From positions 1,610,491 to 1,630,490 of the forward strand of contig JABVCE010000005.1 in NCBI GenBank assembly GCA_014905635.1: a stretch of 20,000 bases of DNA, in the 5' to 3' direction. The DNA is from Scenedesmus sp. PABB004 (Eukaryota). Both the position numbers and the translations under genes were made by a program. Within the stretch, counting starts at the first letter, position 1. Every line of letters begins with the position of its first letter. The notes beneath the pieces are model-generated. The model did no database searches, was not told the origin of the DNA, and saw nothing but the letters and a program-made list of their open reading frames with translations. Positions 19,835-20,000 of the stretch are shown here, in pieces.

Positions 19835-20000
19835 CCGGCGGCGGGCTCTCGCTGCAGGACTGCAGGCGGTGGGCGGCTGTGCAGACGGCCAGGTCGGGGT
19901 GCCGGTTTCAACGCACTCGCCGCGGGCGAGCCGGCGCTGGCAAGCCCTCAACCGCAGCAACTCCGGACCGCCCCGCGCGCCGCCGCCGCCTCATGCGTCG

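Overview
Very GC-rich, intron-rich eukaryotic nuclear DNA. Short GT/GC-AG introns and TGTAA poly(A) signals point to a chlorophyte green alga, probably Sphaeropleales-like (inference). Most six-frame ORFs are artefacts of high GC; the real genes emerge only after manual splicing. In order: 3' part of a family-16 (METTL21/EFM-like) lysine methyltransferase with an apparent frameshift; a ~820-bp duplicated block (SEC10 3' end + UTR + tRNA-Lys(CTT) + downstream DNA); the complete 13-exon exocyst SEC10 gene, ending in the second copy of that block; a 13-exon acetamidase/formamidase with a signal peptide; an intron-poor ~1206-aa protein with four degenerate internal repeats and a C-terminal NO VEIN-C/DUF3883-like PD-(D/E)XK nuclease domain; proteasome ATPase RPT5 (minus); a CLD1-like alpha/beta hydrolase; and an intronless GONST-type GDP-mannose transporter (minus). 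The most notable items are the repeat+nuclease protein with no recognisable ATPase, and the tRNA-containing direct repeats bracketing SEC10, which also appear to supply the methyltransferase 3' end.
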